From assembly GCA_964480555.1 (NCBI GenBank), contig CAYZQL010000002.1, forward strand, positions 1 through 43,711: 43,711 bases of DNA, given 5' to 3'. This DNA comes from an uncultured Lentisphaeraceae bacterium (GTDB lineage: Bacteria > Verrucomicrobiota > Kiritimatiellia > RFP12 > UBA1067). The notes under the pieces are model-generated. The model saw only the letters and a list, made by a program, of their open reading frames with translations, did no database searches and was not told the DNA's origin. How positions within the stretch are numbered: the stretch's first letter is position 1; each line of letters starts with the position of its first letter. The translations under genes and the position numbers were made by a program. Positions 9,267 to 20,500 of this stretch are shown one piece after another.

Positions 9267-10784
9267 ATGAAAAAAACGTTGTTGGGTTTGGCAGCCGTTC
9301 TCGCGTTTTTCTACGCACATGCCGAAAACTATTACTGGAAATCCGCTGCGGACGGATACTTCGACGATGCCGCGAACTGGAACCTGGGGGCCGCGGGGGC
9401 GGGCGGCGCGGCCGCGAACGCGCCGGGCGAGGGCGACAAGGCGAAATTCTGCAAGGGAACGTACACCGTGGCTTTCCGGCAGAACACGAAACTCGATTCG
9501 TTCTATCCCGAAAACACCGACAACAACCAGGAGATGCGTATTCTCGCGGAACTTGCAGGCCATACGCTCGTCGTGACGAACGTGCTCTCCGTCACGGCTG
9601 ACAAAAGCCACCCGAACGCCTGGTTGACGTTCACGAACGGAACCGTCGCCTGTGAGAAAGGCATCTCTGTGAGCGCAAACGGCAGCACCGCGTTTCGCGC
9701 GAACATGATCTTCGACAGCGCATACGCCGTGGCGACCGGCCAACTCAACGTGGCCGGTCTGAATCCTTCGTTTGTCCTGCGGAACGGCGCCGCGCTCAAC
9801 GCCGGTTCGCTCTACATGAACACGATCAAGACCAATGCGCTCATGCGCGTGACCGGCAAGGACACGGTCCTGAAGATCAGCGGGGAGTTCAATCAATACG
9901 GGACCGGCGACATTTTGGTCGAAGACGGGGCTCTCCTCGACGTGGGTACCCACATATCCGTGAGAGGATACGCGTCCGACACCGCTGACGACTTCGGCGG
10001 CCGTTTGGTCGTGAACAACGCGTCTGTAACGAACCGCGGTCTCAGCAGTTACCTTAACATCGGCATAAACACGCTGCACGGAAACGTGGTCACGCTGACC
10101 AACAACGCGACCTGGCACGGCAACGGATACGCCACTCTCGGCGATTCCGTCAGCTGCAGCAACCGGCTTGAAATTTTGGACGGTTCCGTTCTGGATTTCG
10201 ACGGTTTCCAATACGGAACGAGCAGAACATGCGACGGTCTGTATGTCGGCAAGGCGACTACGTCCCGCGAGAACGTCCTCTACGTCAACAACGGGACCTA
10301 CAGCGCGCGTTTCCTGTGCCTCGGATGCAATACCACGTCGAGCACCGACTGCAACAGCAACAACTGGATCCATGTGGCCGGCACAAAACCGCTCGTGAAA
10401 ACCATCGCGCAACACATCAACGGTTACAGTCTGTTTCTTTACTCCGGCGCCGGTATCCGTTTCGACATGGGCAAGGACGGATACGAGAACGTGCCGATTC
10501 AAGTCAACGGTACGTTCCGGAGCTACCATGCGACTTCGGAGACGTTCGCCAATGTGTCGAACAAACTCGTCGTCGCTGCGAACCCCTTCGACAAGGCGCA
10601 TCCGAAACAGAAGCTCACGCTCATCACGACGAAAAACGATTCCACCGCGGCGTTGCAGGAACTGATCGACAACTGCACGTTCGAGGGAGCGGCCAATCCG
10701 GGTTCGCTCGCGATTGAAAACTCCGGTAAGGCGCTCGTCTACACCGCGCCCACGATTCGCGGGCTGTCCGTTGTTATCCGCTAA
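9267..10784 (+). CDS. Secreted beta-helical repeat protein B (paralog of 2792-4342) with a C-terminal GLSVVIR tail
   Basis: AAGGAG lies 7 nt upstream of the ATG. The signal peptide is MKKTLLGLAAVLAFFYAHA. The N-terminal motif is ENYYWKSAADGYFDDAANWNLG, followed by repeated rungs (VVTNVLSVTAD, VLRNGAALNAGSLYMN, VVNNASVTNRGLSSYLNIG, LEILDGSVLDF). The C-terminus is KALVYTAPTIRGLSVVIR. Confidence 0.8.
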   Translation: MKKTLLGLAAVLAFFYAHAENYYWKSAADGYFDDAANWNLGAAGAGGAAANAPGEGDKAKFCKGTYTVAFRQNTKLDSFYPENTDNNQEMRILAELAGHTLVVTNVLSVTADKSHPNAWLTFTNGTVACEKGISVSANGSTAFRANMIFDSAYAVATGQLNVAGLNPSFVLRNGAALNAGSLYMNTIKTNALMRVTGKDTVLKISGEFNQYGTGDILVEDGALLDVGTHISVRGYASDTADDFGGRLVVNNASVTNRGLSSYLNIGINTLHGNVVTLTNNATWHGNGYATLGDSVSCSNRLEILDGSVLDFDGFQYGTSRTCDGLYVGKATTSRENVLYVNNGTYSARFLCLGCNTTSSTDCNSNNWIHVAGTKPLVKTIAQHINGYSLFLYSGAGIRFDMGKDGYENVPIQVNGTFRSYHATSETFANVSNKLVVAANPFDKAHPKQKLTLITTKNDSTAALQELIDNCTFEGAANPGSLAIENSGKALVYTAPTIRGLSVVIR

Positions 10785-10799
10785 AACGGAGAAATCGTC

Positions 10800-12158
10800 A
10801 TGAACCACGTTCCCGCGCTTGTCGTTGCGGCGTGCGCATTTGTTTCCTGTACTTGTTTCGCGGCGGAATACTGGGTGGATCACGAGAAGGGCGACGACGC
10901 CAATCCCGGGACGGCGGAGAAACCGTTCAGGACGTTCGCGAAAGCGCGCGAGGCGATGCGCGGCGGCGACACGCTGAACGCGGTGCCGACGAAGACGCCG
11001 TACACCGAGGCGCTCGGATGGTTCAAGATGGATCAGCACTCGGGGACGCCGGAAAAGCCGACCGTGGTTGACGGACACGGCGCGAAGCTCTCGTGCTTGC
11101 TCCCCTGGGCGGCGACGAACTGGACGCCCGCCGCGGGCGGGGTGTGGAAGTCCAGGCCGAAGAACAACGTCGTCTGCATGTCCGGGAAAGGGCATTACGA
11201 CGGTTTCGAGTGCGTGTTCCTGAACGGGAAGACGTTGCCGTTCGTTTCCTCCCGCGAGAACATGCCGGACTTCTCCTGCTACTGGCGCTTTTATTGGGAC
11301 AAGAAGACCAACAAGCTCGCCGAGGACCACGGCACGCTGTATCTGAAACTCCCCGCGGACAAGACGCCGGCGGACTACGAGATCAAGTTGCCGCAGCTCG
11401 GCAATCTGCGCGTCTACTGCAACAACATCGTCTTCAGGAACTTCCACGGCGACTGGAACGCGGCGGACTTCTTCGACACCGAGCGCGGTCACGGCATCGT
11501 CTTCGACAACGTCTCGACGGACCGCTGTCTGGACCAGGGCATCTCCTCGCATTCGACCCAAGGGTGTGTCATCCGAAATTCCCGTTTCCGCCGTGCGATC
11601 TCCTGCGGCGCGCTGGACGTGTCGCTGGGTCCGAACGAATACCAGAACATGACCTATTCGAACTGCCTCTTCCACGACATGCAGCACGGCATGTGCGGCG
11701 GCGCGAGTTTCCGGGGCTGCACGAACACCTATTACCGTGTCGAAGACTGCATCGCCCGCGACTGCAAGGAGACCGGTTTCTCCGCCAGTCAGGGCGCGAA
11801 CGTCTACGTGACGAACGCGCTCGTGGAGAATCCGTCGATTCCCGCGAGCGACAAGCGCGCGGCGTTTTCGGTGACGGACAACGCCAATTTGACGATAGTC
11901 GACTCCAGAACGAAGGACTGCCAGTTCGCCGTCAGTCACGTCTGGTGCAAGGGCAAACTTCTTTGCGAGCGCTGCGACTTCCGCGGCGTCAGGCACATCG
12001 CCTGCGTCGCCGGTCCCCGTCTGCCCGGCGCGATCGTCTTCCGCAACTGCGCTTTCGCCGAAGACGCCAAGGTCTTTCTCGACTGCGGCTGGCGAACCGT
12101 CGAAGAGGCACGGAAGGCCGGTATCGTCTTCGAAAACTGTACGTTCGGTGAACCGTGA
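10800..12158 (+). CDS. Secreted right-handed parallel beta-helix (pectate-lyase-fold, DUF1565-like) protein A
   Basis: The signal peptide is MNHVPALVVAACAFVSCTCFAA. The N-terminal motif is EYWVDHEKGDDANPGTAEKPFRTFAKAREAMRGGDT. Cys/Asn/Gly-rich rungs follow (NIVFRNFHGDWNAADFFDTERGHGIVFDNVSTDRCLDQGISSHSTQGCVIRNSRF). Confidence 0.8.
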   Translation: MNHVPALVVAACAFVSCTCFAAEYWVDHEKGDDANPGTAEKPFRTFAKAREAMRGGDTLNAVPTKTPYTEALGWFKMDQHSGTPEKPTVVDGHGAKLSCLLPWAATNWTPAAGGVWKSRPKNNVVCMSGKGHYDGFECVFLNGKTLPFVSSRENMPDFSCYWRFYWDKKTNKLAEDHGTLYLKLPADKTPADYEIKLPQLGNLRVYCNNIVFRNFHGDWNAADFFDTERGHGIVFDNVSTDRCLDQGISSHSTQGCVIRNSRFRRAISCGALDVSLGPNEYQNMTYSNCLFHDMQHGMCGGASFRGCTNTYYRVEDCIARDCKETGFSASQGANVYVTNALVENPSIPASDKRAAFSVTDNANLTIVDSRTKDCQFAVSHVWCKGKLLCERCDFRGVRHIACVAGPRLPGAIVFRNCAFAEDAKVFLDCGWRTVEEARKAGIVFENCTFGEP

Positions 12159-12372
12159 AATGCAATTGATGCAGCGGGAAAGTGTCTGTCTGATGACAAA
12201 CGTTTTTGTTTCCGCGCTGGCGGCACTATCGCTGGCGGCAAATTGGATGAGCGGTCGCTCCACGGCACGGCCAGATTCATATGCATGGCGAAGCCCGTGA
12301 GGGCCTGCCCCTGCAGCAGAAGCAGGCCGCCGAGCCAAAGCGCCCGTTTCATTGTTTGTCGCGTTCAGCCGA

Positions 12373-13917
12373 TCATTGTTTCTTTTCCACGGTCGGGCGC
12401 ATGCCCGGCGTCGTTCCATTTTCGCCCGCTTTGAGGAAGGGCGAGTCTTTCGGAAGCTGAAAGAACGGCCCTTCCAACGCGGGTGCGGCGATGATCGCTC
12501 CGGCCAAGCGCGTGTGGCCTTTGACGAATTCGCCCCACCCCGATGCACCGATTTTTTGCGCGCCAACGACCACTTCGCCAAGGCCCAAAAGCGTCTTATC
12601 GATGCCCACCGCATCGACAGCATCTTTTTCAATGCTCACCGCAACCGGACAGTCGGCGATGACCGAATTCCGAACCGACGCCGCGCGTTCGACGTCCACC
12701 CCAACCGCGCCGTTGACGATCGTGCAGTGGTCCAGCCGTCCATGTTCTATGCGCACAACGGCGTGTTTCTCCCGATCGCCGCGCCCCGCGATGAAGCAGT
12801 TGTTCAGACTGGCGGACGCCCCTTTGTCGATCTGGACCTGCACGCCGCAGTTATCCATGATCCGGCAGTTGTACATGCCGTGCGCAAAGCCTGAGAAGAG
12901 CACGCCGCCCGGAAAGTTCGAGACCACGGAAACGTTCCGGTAAACCGTCGTGCAGGACATGACGTCGACAATGCCGCAGCCGGCGTTCCGTTCGATCAGG
13001 GCACCGTCGATCAGCGTCGTACTGTTGCCGTGGAACGAAACGCCCTGATCGCAGTTGAAACACGCATGAATGTTTCGGAGCGTCACGCCCTGCCCCCAGA
13101 AGCCCGAGAACCCGTCGTCCTGCGAGTAGCGGGAGCCCAGATTGCAGACCGTCACATAGTCGTCGCTCACATAAACGCCATGGTTGAGCGGAAGTTCGAT
13201 CACACACTCCTTCAGCGTCTTGCCGGGCGGCAGCCGAAAAAAAAGACACCGTTGGTCAGCCGGCTCTTTGGCCACCTCTTTCTGAGAGTCGTAAAAGAAC
13301 CCCCCCGGCTGGATCCCGTCCAAGGTGAGGCTGTTCGGTCCGGGCCGACCGTTCAGGAAAAAAATTTCGGGCGCCTCTTTTTCAACAAACCATCCCCGAT
13401 GCCTCATGGAGCCGAGCCAGTTGCTGTTGGGCATTCTTCCGTACACGGCATCGCCGATCTTGCGTTCAGCCCACCCCTGGGGCACATAGTCGGCTCCGCC
13501 GATCTTGTTGGGTGAAAAATAGACGTCGTCCTTGAAATGAACCCATTGCTCCGGCGACAGCGCGACCAATCCCGAGACGTACGCGCCTTGGCCGTCGATG
13601 ATCAGCGGCGCGTCGGCCCGGCCCTTCTTGAATCCCTCGATCGAGACGGTCTCGCGGTAATCGTCGCCGGTGTTGGCGATGACGATCCGCGCCCCCGGCG
13701 CGCAGCGCCGAACCGCCTGCATGATCGTTTTGAACGGTCCCGACTTCCCGCCGGAGACAGGCTCAGCCGCGTCCCCTGCGAAATCGTCCGAACCGGTTTT
13801 GTTGTTGACGTAGACACTTTTCGGTGCCGCTTCGGAAACTTTTTCCTCTGCCAGTCCGCTCACCAGCGCGGACAGACAGGCGACTCCGAGAACCACCCAT
13901 CGCTTGTTCATGTTCAT
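12373..13917 (-). CDS. Secreted right-handed parallel beta-helix (DUF1565-like) protein B
   Basis: The signal peptide is MNMNKRWVVLGVACLSALVSGLA; the start could be the second ATG at 13911. The motif SVYVNNKTGSDDFAGDA...GPFKTIMQAVRRCAPGARIVIANTGDDYRETVSI is followed by rungs NIHACFNCDQGVSFHGNSTTLIDGALIERNAGCGIVDV. This is the last gene of the minus-strand operon, 30 nt after the preceding gene. Confidence 0.8.
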   Translation of the reverse strand: MNMNKRWVVLGVACLSALVSGLAEEKVSEAAPKSVYVNNKTGSDDFAGDAAEPVSGGKSGPFKTIMQAVRRCAPGARIVIANTGDDYRETVSIEGFKKGRADAPLIIDGQGAYVSGLVALSPEQWVHFKDDVYFSPNKIGGADYVPQGWAERKIGDAVYGRMPNSNWLGSMRHRGWFVEKEAPEIFFLNGRPGPNSLTLDGIQPGGFFYDSQKEVAKEPADQRCLFFRLPPGKTLKECVIELPLNHGVYVSDDYVTVCNLGSRYSQDDGFSGFWGQGVTLRNIHACFNCDQGVSFHGNSTTLIDGALIERNAGCGIVDVMSCTTVYRNVSVVSNFPGGVLFSGFAHGMYNCRIMDNCGVQVQIDKGASASLNNCFIAGRGDREKHAVVRIEHGRLDHCTIVNGAVGVDVERAASVRNSVIADCPVAVSIEKDAVDAVGIDKTLLGLGEVVVGAQKIGASGWGEFVKGHTRLAGAIIAAPALEGPFFQLPKDSPFLKAGENGTTPGMRPTVEKKQ

Positions 13918-13947
13918 TCCCCCGTTTGATTTTTTCGCCGTGCGGGC

Positions 13948-16900
13948 TCACCTGGACCCATACTTGTCGGCCCAAGGCGCCTGCACCTGTTTCTTTGGAA
14001 TCATCCGCAGAATCTTGAGCGGCGAATCGCCGTCCGTGTAGACGAGCGTGATTCCCCGCGTCCTGAGCGTCTCGCCCGCGAACACCCCGTAGCGATGCCC
14101 GCAGACCGTGTCGTCGATGAACCACTCGCCGTCGGGCGCACCGGGAAGTTTCTGCACGTATTCGCCGGGCGTCTCCTGATACAGCAGCGCATAGTGCCGC
14201 TTCAGCGTCTTGTGGTCCGCCTCCAGCGCGTAGACGATCGGGTTTCCGGCGCGGGGGCTGACGACGCCGGCGCTCCGCGACACGCGCGCCATGAGGCCTT
14301 TCAGCAACTCGGGCTTCATGTCGGGAACGCCCCAAAAAACGAGGGCCTTGCCCTTGCCGACGTCGTGCAGCGTGACGGCCGCCCCGCCGTCGGGAAACGC
14401 GGCGAGAATCCGTCCGCCCGTTTTCTTGTTTTCCGGATACCAGCCGAAATAGTCGCTCTCGGGAATCCATCGGTAGGGCCACTGCCAAAACGTTTTCCCG
14501 TATTCCGGGTCGGACAGTTCGCGGCGCATCGCGCCCTGACTGAAAAACTTCAGCGTCGCGCCGTTGGTCAGGCAAACCGAATCGCCGAGGGCCTGCGCCG
14601 CGCCGCCGTCGCCGTCGGTCTTGAATGCGCCGGCGGGCGCGGGAATCCCCAAGGCGCGAAGCAGCGGGTATTCGCCCGAATCGCCGGTCCCGGGACAGAA
14701 ACGCCCCGTCTTCGCCGAGAGCGTCACGAGCGCGCCGTTGTTCGCCATGCGGACGACCGCGGCGAGCATGTCGGGGCCGATCACCTCGTCGAGCGGATTC
14801 AGGACGACCAGCTTGTAGTTCGCCTCGTTGTCCTTGCGGTAGAACTCATAGTCGACGGCATCGAGCTTGAGCAGCTCGAACCAGTGCCTCAGGTCCGCCA
14901 GCCGCGCGCCGAAAACGGTGCGGTGTTTCAACATGAGCGTCATGTCGTCCTGAATCACGGCGACTTGCTTGGGCTTTTGCTGCAGCTTGACGCCCTGCAG
15001 CTCCCGCAGAATCGGCTTGAACATTTCGTAGCGGTCGTACGCGAAGGCCCCCGCATAGTGCGCCGTCAGCGAAAGCGTCGGGTTGGGCCAATAGTAGACG
15101 TGCAGGTTGGCGCCGCCGCCCCCGGCCTGCGCCGTCATCACGAAAACGGACCAGTCGAGCACCCACCCTTTCTCGGCCGGATCGCCGTAGGCCGCCCAGC
15201 GGTGCGGATGATGCGGCTCGGTGATCCAGCCGAGGGCGTCCCGGTCCCACGCCTGGGTCAGCGTTCCCTCTCCGCCCAGGCTGTGGTTGCCGCCGTTGTG
15301 CAGGTAGTCGGCGTTTCCGGCGACGCCTTCCTCGGGCTCGCCGTCGTCGCGCCGACCGCCGTAGTCGATGATGACGTGGTCCTTGTCGAAGGTCCTGATA
15401 TGGGCGGAGGCGGCGGGGAACCACCAGTGATTGAGCCACTGACGGAACAAGGAAAAGTCGAGCCAGCAAAGTCGCAAATCGGGTTTCTTGCCGACCGAGA
15501 AGTCGGGCAGCGGCGGCTCCACTTCGCTCCATTCCTTGTAGGACGTGTTCCAGCGGGCATTCAGTTGCTCCAGCGAGAACTTGAGATTTTCTTGCAAATA
15601 AGTCCTGAACAGCGCGGCATCGGACCACGCATAGCCTGAGAAACAACCATTCCACGGCTCATCGGGCAACGCCCATTCGCCAGCCGGCTGGAGCAGATAG
15701 TAGCCTTGAAATCCGGGGTGAATTTTGTAGCGGGCGTACAAGGCTTCGAAGGCGGAGTACCAAGCGGCGACAAAGCGCTTGTCGGCATAGTCGAACGCGC
15801 CGTAATAGCGGTGTCCCGGGATCACTTCGCCGTCGAAATTGCGCGGCAGCGTGTACGGCAGCCAGCGGTAAGGACACCCCTGCTCGCCGTGACCGACCCG
15901 GACGGTGATCGCGCAGCCGCGATCGGCGGCCGCGTCCATGACCTGATCGAGCACCGCGAAGTTGTAGACGCCGGGCAGAATCTCTAGCTCCGCGAGATCG
16001 ATCATGTAGGTGACATAGCTGGCCATCTGCATCGACTCGTCGAGCATCTCCTTGAAATGGGCGATCTGTTCCGTCTCTCGGGTGAACTTTTTTTCCACCC
16101 CATAGGTGGTGCGAAAATAGCTCGCCTTTTTCACGAAGTCGCGGCCGCGAAGCATACCCGTACGCGATGCGTACGCCTGCGGCTTTGCGTTTTCGATGCC
16201 GAGCGTATACGACCGCTTCTCCAGTTCTTTCCCCGCCGCGTCGACAAGGACGACATGGAGATTCCAAGCGTCCCGCCCGACGCCTTTGGGAACGACCGCG
16301 AGATCCGCGTAGCCGGCGCCTTTGAATTCAATCGCACACTCGCCGCTCTCGAGAACATCCCCGAAGCCGTAAGGCGTGAGGGTCCACAACAGCTTGGCGG
16401 GCGCGGCCCCTTTGGCGAAAACGCGGATCGCGACGCTCAGGGAATCGCCCGGCTTATAGACGCCAAGCGTGTGCGAGTCGGGATTGATTCGCATTGATCC
16501 GACGGCTGGAGGCTGAGAGACGTCAACGCGGGCCAGCGCGGTGCCGCCGGGAGGAATGTTTTTTTCCCAGCGGAATTCGGTGATCGACGGGGCTCCGCCG
16601 CTTTCAGTGACGCCGCAGGAAATCCAGCTGTTCTTGACGGGGCCGACATTGAACCGGATCTCTTGGTGGCGGCTGACCGGGTCGGCGGGATCGTAATCAA
16701 TCTCCACGTCTTTCTCGAGATACGGAACGGATTGGAACGCGTCGCGGATCTCGATGCCGATGTGCGCCTTGCCCTTCTTCGCGAGCACCATGTCGGCAAA
16801 GAAAGCCGGCTCCTCGGCGGGTACCCGTACGCTGCCCAGACGGACGGCGGCAAGGTTGAAGACGCCTTTGCGGCGTTCCTTTCCTGCGAGGCCAACCGCC

Positions 16901-17493
16901 TTTTCCGGCATCGCTTTCAGAACCATGCGTCCCTCGAAACCAAGAAAGCGCAGAGCGCCGGTCGGCCATGCGTCGCCGTCGCCGCCTTCCGCGTCATAAA
17001 TGTTCGACGCGGCCCCGCCCGCCTCGGAAGTCCAGAACGAGCAGGTACTCCATTTCACCCACACGCCGACCGGGACAACATTTCCTTTCTTGAGCGCCCA
17101 GAGCGAATGCGGCTCGTAACTGAGCACCTCGCCCGTCTCGTCCTGCAGCAGCGGACGGAGCGTGTTGTCGCCGCCCACCCCGAGGGCATCGAACATGACC
17201 CTGGCCTGCGAGGGAGTCAACGGCAACGGCTTCTTCAAAAGCAGCTTGAATTCTCCTTTGATGAAGGAAGCGTGTCCGACGCGCAGGTAATCGGCAAGCA
17301 CCACGTCATAGGCGAGGGTGAAAACGCCCTCCGACTCCTTCAGGTCAACGGCATCGCCCGTCTTAACCTCAAGCCGCCAATCGGCCAAAGTGAGGGGAAT
17401 GAAAGCCATCGCGCGCTCTTGCGCGGCATCGGAGCCCAACGCCGCAACGCCGGCGGCGAGAAGCACTGTGCAAACAATCGTTTGTTTCATCAT
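13948..17493 (-). CDS. Large secreted glycoside-hydrolase-like protein with a central GH42-like TIM barrel, a C-terminal trimerisation/GATase-like domain, and about 480 aa of unassigned N-terminal sequence
   Basis: The signal peptide is MMKQTIVCTVLLAAGVAALGS. The GH42-like entry string is DLAELEILPGVYNFAVLDQVMDAAADRGCAITVRVGH. Later strings are WITEPHHP and YKLVVLNPLDEVIGPDMLAAVVRMANNGALVTLSAKTG. CDS status is firm. The family assignment is by motif only. Confidence 0.75.
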   Translation of the reverse strand: MMKQTIVCTVLLAAGVAALGSDAAQERAMAFIPLTLADWRLEVKTGDAVDLKESEGVFTLAYDVVLADYLRVGHASFIKGEFKLLLKKPLPLTPSQARVMFDALGVGGDNTLRPLLQDETGEVLSYEPHSLWALKKGNVVPVGVWVKWSTCSFWTSEAGGAASNIYDAEGGDGDAWPTGALRFLGFEGRMVLKAMPEKAVGLAGKERRKGVFNLAAVRLGSVRVPAEEPAFFADMVLAKKGKAHIGIEIRDAFQSVPYLEKDVEIDYDPADPVSRHQEIRFNVGPVKNSWISCGVTESGGAPSITEFRWEKNIPPGGTALARVDVSQPPAVGSMRINPDSHTLGVYKPGDSLSVAIRVFAKGAAPAKLLWTLTPYGFGDVLESGECAIEFKGAGYADLAVVPKGVGRDAWNLHVVLVDAAGKELEKRSYTLGIENAKPQAYASRTGMLRGRDFVKKASYFRTTYGVEKKFTRETEQIAHFKEMLDESMQMASYVTYMIDLAELEILPGVYNFAVLDQVMDAAADRGCAITVRVGHGEQGCPYRWLPYTLPRNFDGEVIPGHRYYGAFDYADKRFVAAWYSAFEALYARYKIHPGFQGYYLLQPAGEWALPDEPWNGCFSGYAWSDAALFRTYLQENLKFSLEQLNARWNTSYKEWSEVEPPLPDFSVGKKPDLRLCWLDFSLFRQWLNHWWFPAASAHIRTFDKDHVIIDYGGRRDDGEPEEGVAGNADYLHNGGNHSLGGEGTLTQAWDRDALGWITEPHHPHRWAAYGDPAEKGWVLDWSVFVMTAQAGGGGANLHVYYWPNPTLSLTAHYAGAFAYDRYEMFKPILRELQGVKLQQKPKQVAVIQDDMTLMLKHRTVFGARLADLRHWFELLKLDAVDYEFYRKDNEANYKLVVLNPLDEVIGPDMLAAVVRMANNGALVTLSAKTGRFCPGTGDSGEYPLLRALGIPAPAGAFKTDGDGGAAQALGDSVCLTNGATLKFFSQGAMRRELSDPEYGKTFWQWPYRWIPESDYFGWYPENKKTGGRILAAFPDGGAAVTLHDVGKGKALVFWGVPDMKPELLKGLMARVSRSAGVVSPRAGNPIVYALEADHKTLKRHYALLYQETPGEYVQKLPGAPDGEWFIDDTVCGHRYGVFAGETLRTRGITLVYTDGDSPLKILRMIPKKQVQAPWADKYGSR

Positions 17494-17502
17494 GTCGTTT
17501 TT

Positions 17503-20500
17503 CTATTTTCTGGCCATACGGAAGATGGCGACCTCACGGGGTGCGAGTTTGACGGGAAGTCCGTCCGAATACAACTGGGCCGCGGTGAACTCGCCGAGTT
17601 CTTTTCCGCTGATGAGTTCCGTCACACGGTAACGGCCTTCCGGCAGAACGAGCCAGCGGACGGCGCCGTCCACGCCGGCAGAGGGATTCCCCTGCCAGAC
17701 GCCGACGTGCGCCAGCCCATAGTAAGCCGAACCGTCTTTCGTCTTCAGCAGATTTGTCCAGAGGCGGTTGTCCGTGACGGCCGCCATTGGCCGGATGCCG
17801 GCCCAGCGTCCAAAATCGCGCAAAAAGGGATAGGCCCCGTTGGGCTGCGAGAACACCGGCGGCACAATCGTCTGAGCCCAAAGAACCGCGACCTTCCCTT
17901 TGCCGACGGACTTCCACGACAGCGCCGCCCGACGAGCGTCACCATTGAAGAACGCCTCGGTCTGCATTCCTGCGGGCGGAAGAACGCTCCACACATCCCG
18001 AAGCGTAAACGCGTTGGAACCCTCCGTGAAAACAGGTCCCGCCACGGGACAGGCAAGCGTATTGCGGTCGGAAACCTCCGCCGCCGTTGGCGGCGGCGCG
18101 CCGAAACGGCGGAGCAGCACCCAGTCCTCTCCGGGCGTGTCGATGCATTTCCGCCCGGCGTCGGCGCACATCAGAAGCGTTCCGCCGTTCTCAACGTAGG
18201 CGACGATCCGTTCGATCAGCCCCGTCTCCATCTCACGCAGTTTCGACTGCGAAATCGCCATCAGCAATTTTCCGTTTTTCCAGAGATCGGCGATTCCCGA
18301 CGCGGCGGGAAGCTGCGCCTGCGACAGGCTCACAACGTTCCAAGGCTCCCCTCCCCAGCCGCCATAGGTCGTGTTGGCAGAAACCAGATAAGAGGCTTGG
18401 TCTTTCAGAAGAAAGGCCGAGACCGGCTGCGCGGTCTCCGTGGCGCGAAGCTCGGTCCAAATGGGAAGAAACCGCTTGTAGCGCCCCAGCGAAACGTCGG
18501 GATCGGCCATGTCCGCAAATTTATTTTTGCTGAACACGTAGGCTTTGCAGTGGGCGTTGGCGCCCCCGCCCGCCATCATCGCGAAGACGCTGGCGTCCAA
18601 CTGGCTCGGAAAGTAGGCTGTCCAGTTGCCCGGCGAGTGGTCCTCGGTCCGCTGCGGAAGTCCCGCCATCGGGAACGCCGCGTAGTCGGGCATCGCCATG
18701 GTATCGTGGCTGCCGCCGTTGGCCGACATGCAGCCCCGCTCGCGAAACCAGTTTAAATCCGAAGCCCCGTCGGCGTACATGTCGATCAGACGCTTGGGAT
18801 CAGCCGAGCGGATCGCCGTGACACAGTCCCGCAGCAACCCCTCGATGCCGTCGGTCTTAAAGCGCAGCCAATCGAGACGGTAGCGCGAAGAGGAGCCCGT
18901 GGGCGGCGGAACAACCTCGCTCCAAGAGGCGTACGACGTGCCCCAGCGCCGGTTCGCGGCCCTGATGGTCTTCCATGTCTTTCGGGCCTCGCGGCGGAAC
19001 GCCTGCACGCTCTCGGGGGCATATCCCTCGTACCAGCCCGCGTACGGGGCATCGCCCGGATGCTCGTAACAGAAGAAATAGCTGTGGACGGCGGGGTTGG
19101 CGCGATAGCGCCGGGCAACATTCTTTATGAAGGCGACAACCCCCTCGCGGATTTCCGGCGCATTCACATAATTGGGTCGCCCCCCATGGAACTGGTAGGA
19201 GTTCTTGGCGCCAAAAACCTGGCCTTCGCTGCTCATCTCGTACCGCGCCGGGACCCACTCGGGCAAGTCGCGAAAGGACGGCCACAGCTGCACGGTCAAG
19301 CCTTTCGACTGCGCGTATGCGACAAAGCGGTCCACAACGCCCCAATCGAAAACGCCGGGCAAAGGCTCGACGGTATTCCAGTCGAAGGAAAACTCGATCT
19401 GCGTGGACAGCTTCCCCGCTTTGTCGAGGAAGGGACGGTAATATTCGTCCCAGGCCTTTGCGCCGCTCTGCGGCAGATTGTCCGGCAACATGGGGGTCAG
19501 GTGAAACATCGGCTTGGGGCTGGCAAGCATCTCTGTCCAAGAGGGAACGGACGGCGGAATAGGCGCATCGTCGTCCGCCGCAGATTCCGTCCCTTTGCGG
19601 GCGATCAGGCGGTCAACCGTATCAAACACCTTTTCCCCGAGCCTGATCTCGGCCCGGACGCGATAGGTGCCCGGCTTCAAATCGCTTAAATCCAATTCGG
19701 CCATAAAAGGTTTATCGCCTTTCCAGACGGGAACAAAGTCCACCGCCTTGACCTCCTCATCGCCGGACGCCAGCCGAACCGCGGCACAACAGCAGGCGTT
19801 TGTGGCGGACGCGCCGGGATTGCGGAACGCGACCTTGACGGTAAATTTCTCTTTGCCGTTGAAGACCACAGACCGGCGGTCGGGCACGATGCGGATGAAG
19901 CAGGTCGGGGCCATCGCATCGACCGGCACGGGGGCACGCCTAATGGGCTCGGCACCGTTCACCACGTCGAGGCGAAACTCTTGCTCCGAGATCGCTTGGG
20001 GAACCGGGCTTTTGCCGTCGTGCGACCAGCGCAGCCGCACCCGCGCCCAGTAGGTGCCCTTCTCTCTGACGGGAAATTCGATTTTCTGCGCCATCTGCAG
20101 CGGATAGGGAATTCCTTCGCCGTTCTCTTTCCAGCCCGTCTGACTGAACTCGAACGTTTTGCCGTCAACAAGGAACGGTGCGCCGTCGTAGCGGTCGCGC
20201 AATTCCCAGCTCAGATCGAACCGTTTGCCGTACGACTTCCCCATGTGCGCAGGAGTCAGACCGGGCAACGGGTCCAGTTCGCCATAGCCCTCGATGTCGC
20301 GGAACTGATAATAGAACGGCGACGCCCGGGGATCCAGCCGGGTCAGCGCGAAGTCCTTGAAAAAAAGCTCCGTGAACGTCGCGGGCGCAAGCTGGTGCTG
20401 GCCGACGAACCGCAGCCCCGTCAGCGTGTAGGGCGGCACGGGCGCGACGTTCGGAGCGGGACCTTCCACGGTGGCGTCCCGCCCCGACCCCACTTTGACG

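Noticed and set aside
11936-12352. A 138-aa minus-strand ORF starting in the convergent gap with a signal-peptide-like N-terminus (MKRALWLGGLLLLQGQALTGFA)
   Set aside because: It has no RBS-like sequence upstream. It runs 222 nt antisense into the 3' end of the beta-helix A gene before reaching a stop, and nothing beyond the hydrophobic start is recognisable. A shorter real peptide cannot be excluded, but the sequence alone does not support one.
9252-12632. A 1,126-aa ORF on the minus strand spanning three annotated genes
   Set aside because: It runs antisense across two plus-strand genes that have signal peptides, RBSs and recognisable motifs. It also runs into a minus-strand gene in another frame. 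Its translation is R/A/V/G-rich low complexity with no motif. This is the typical shadow ORF of high-GC DNA.
16663-18756. A 697-aa plus-strand ORF bridging the two GH42-like genes, and the similar shadows at 14095-15639, 19981-20988 and 20519-21862
   Set aside because: They cross the boundary between two well-supported minus-strand genes. They lack start context and have low-complexity translations.
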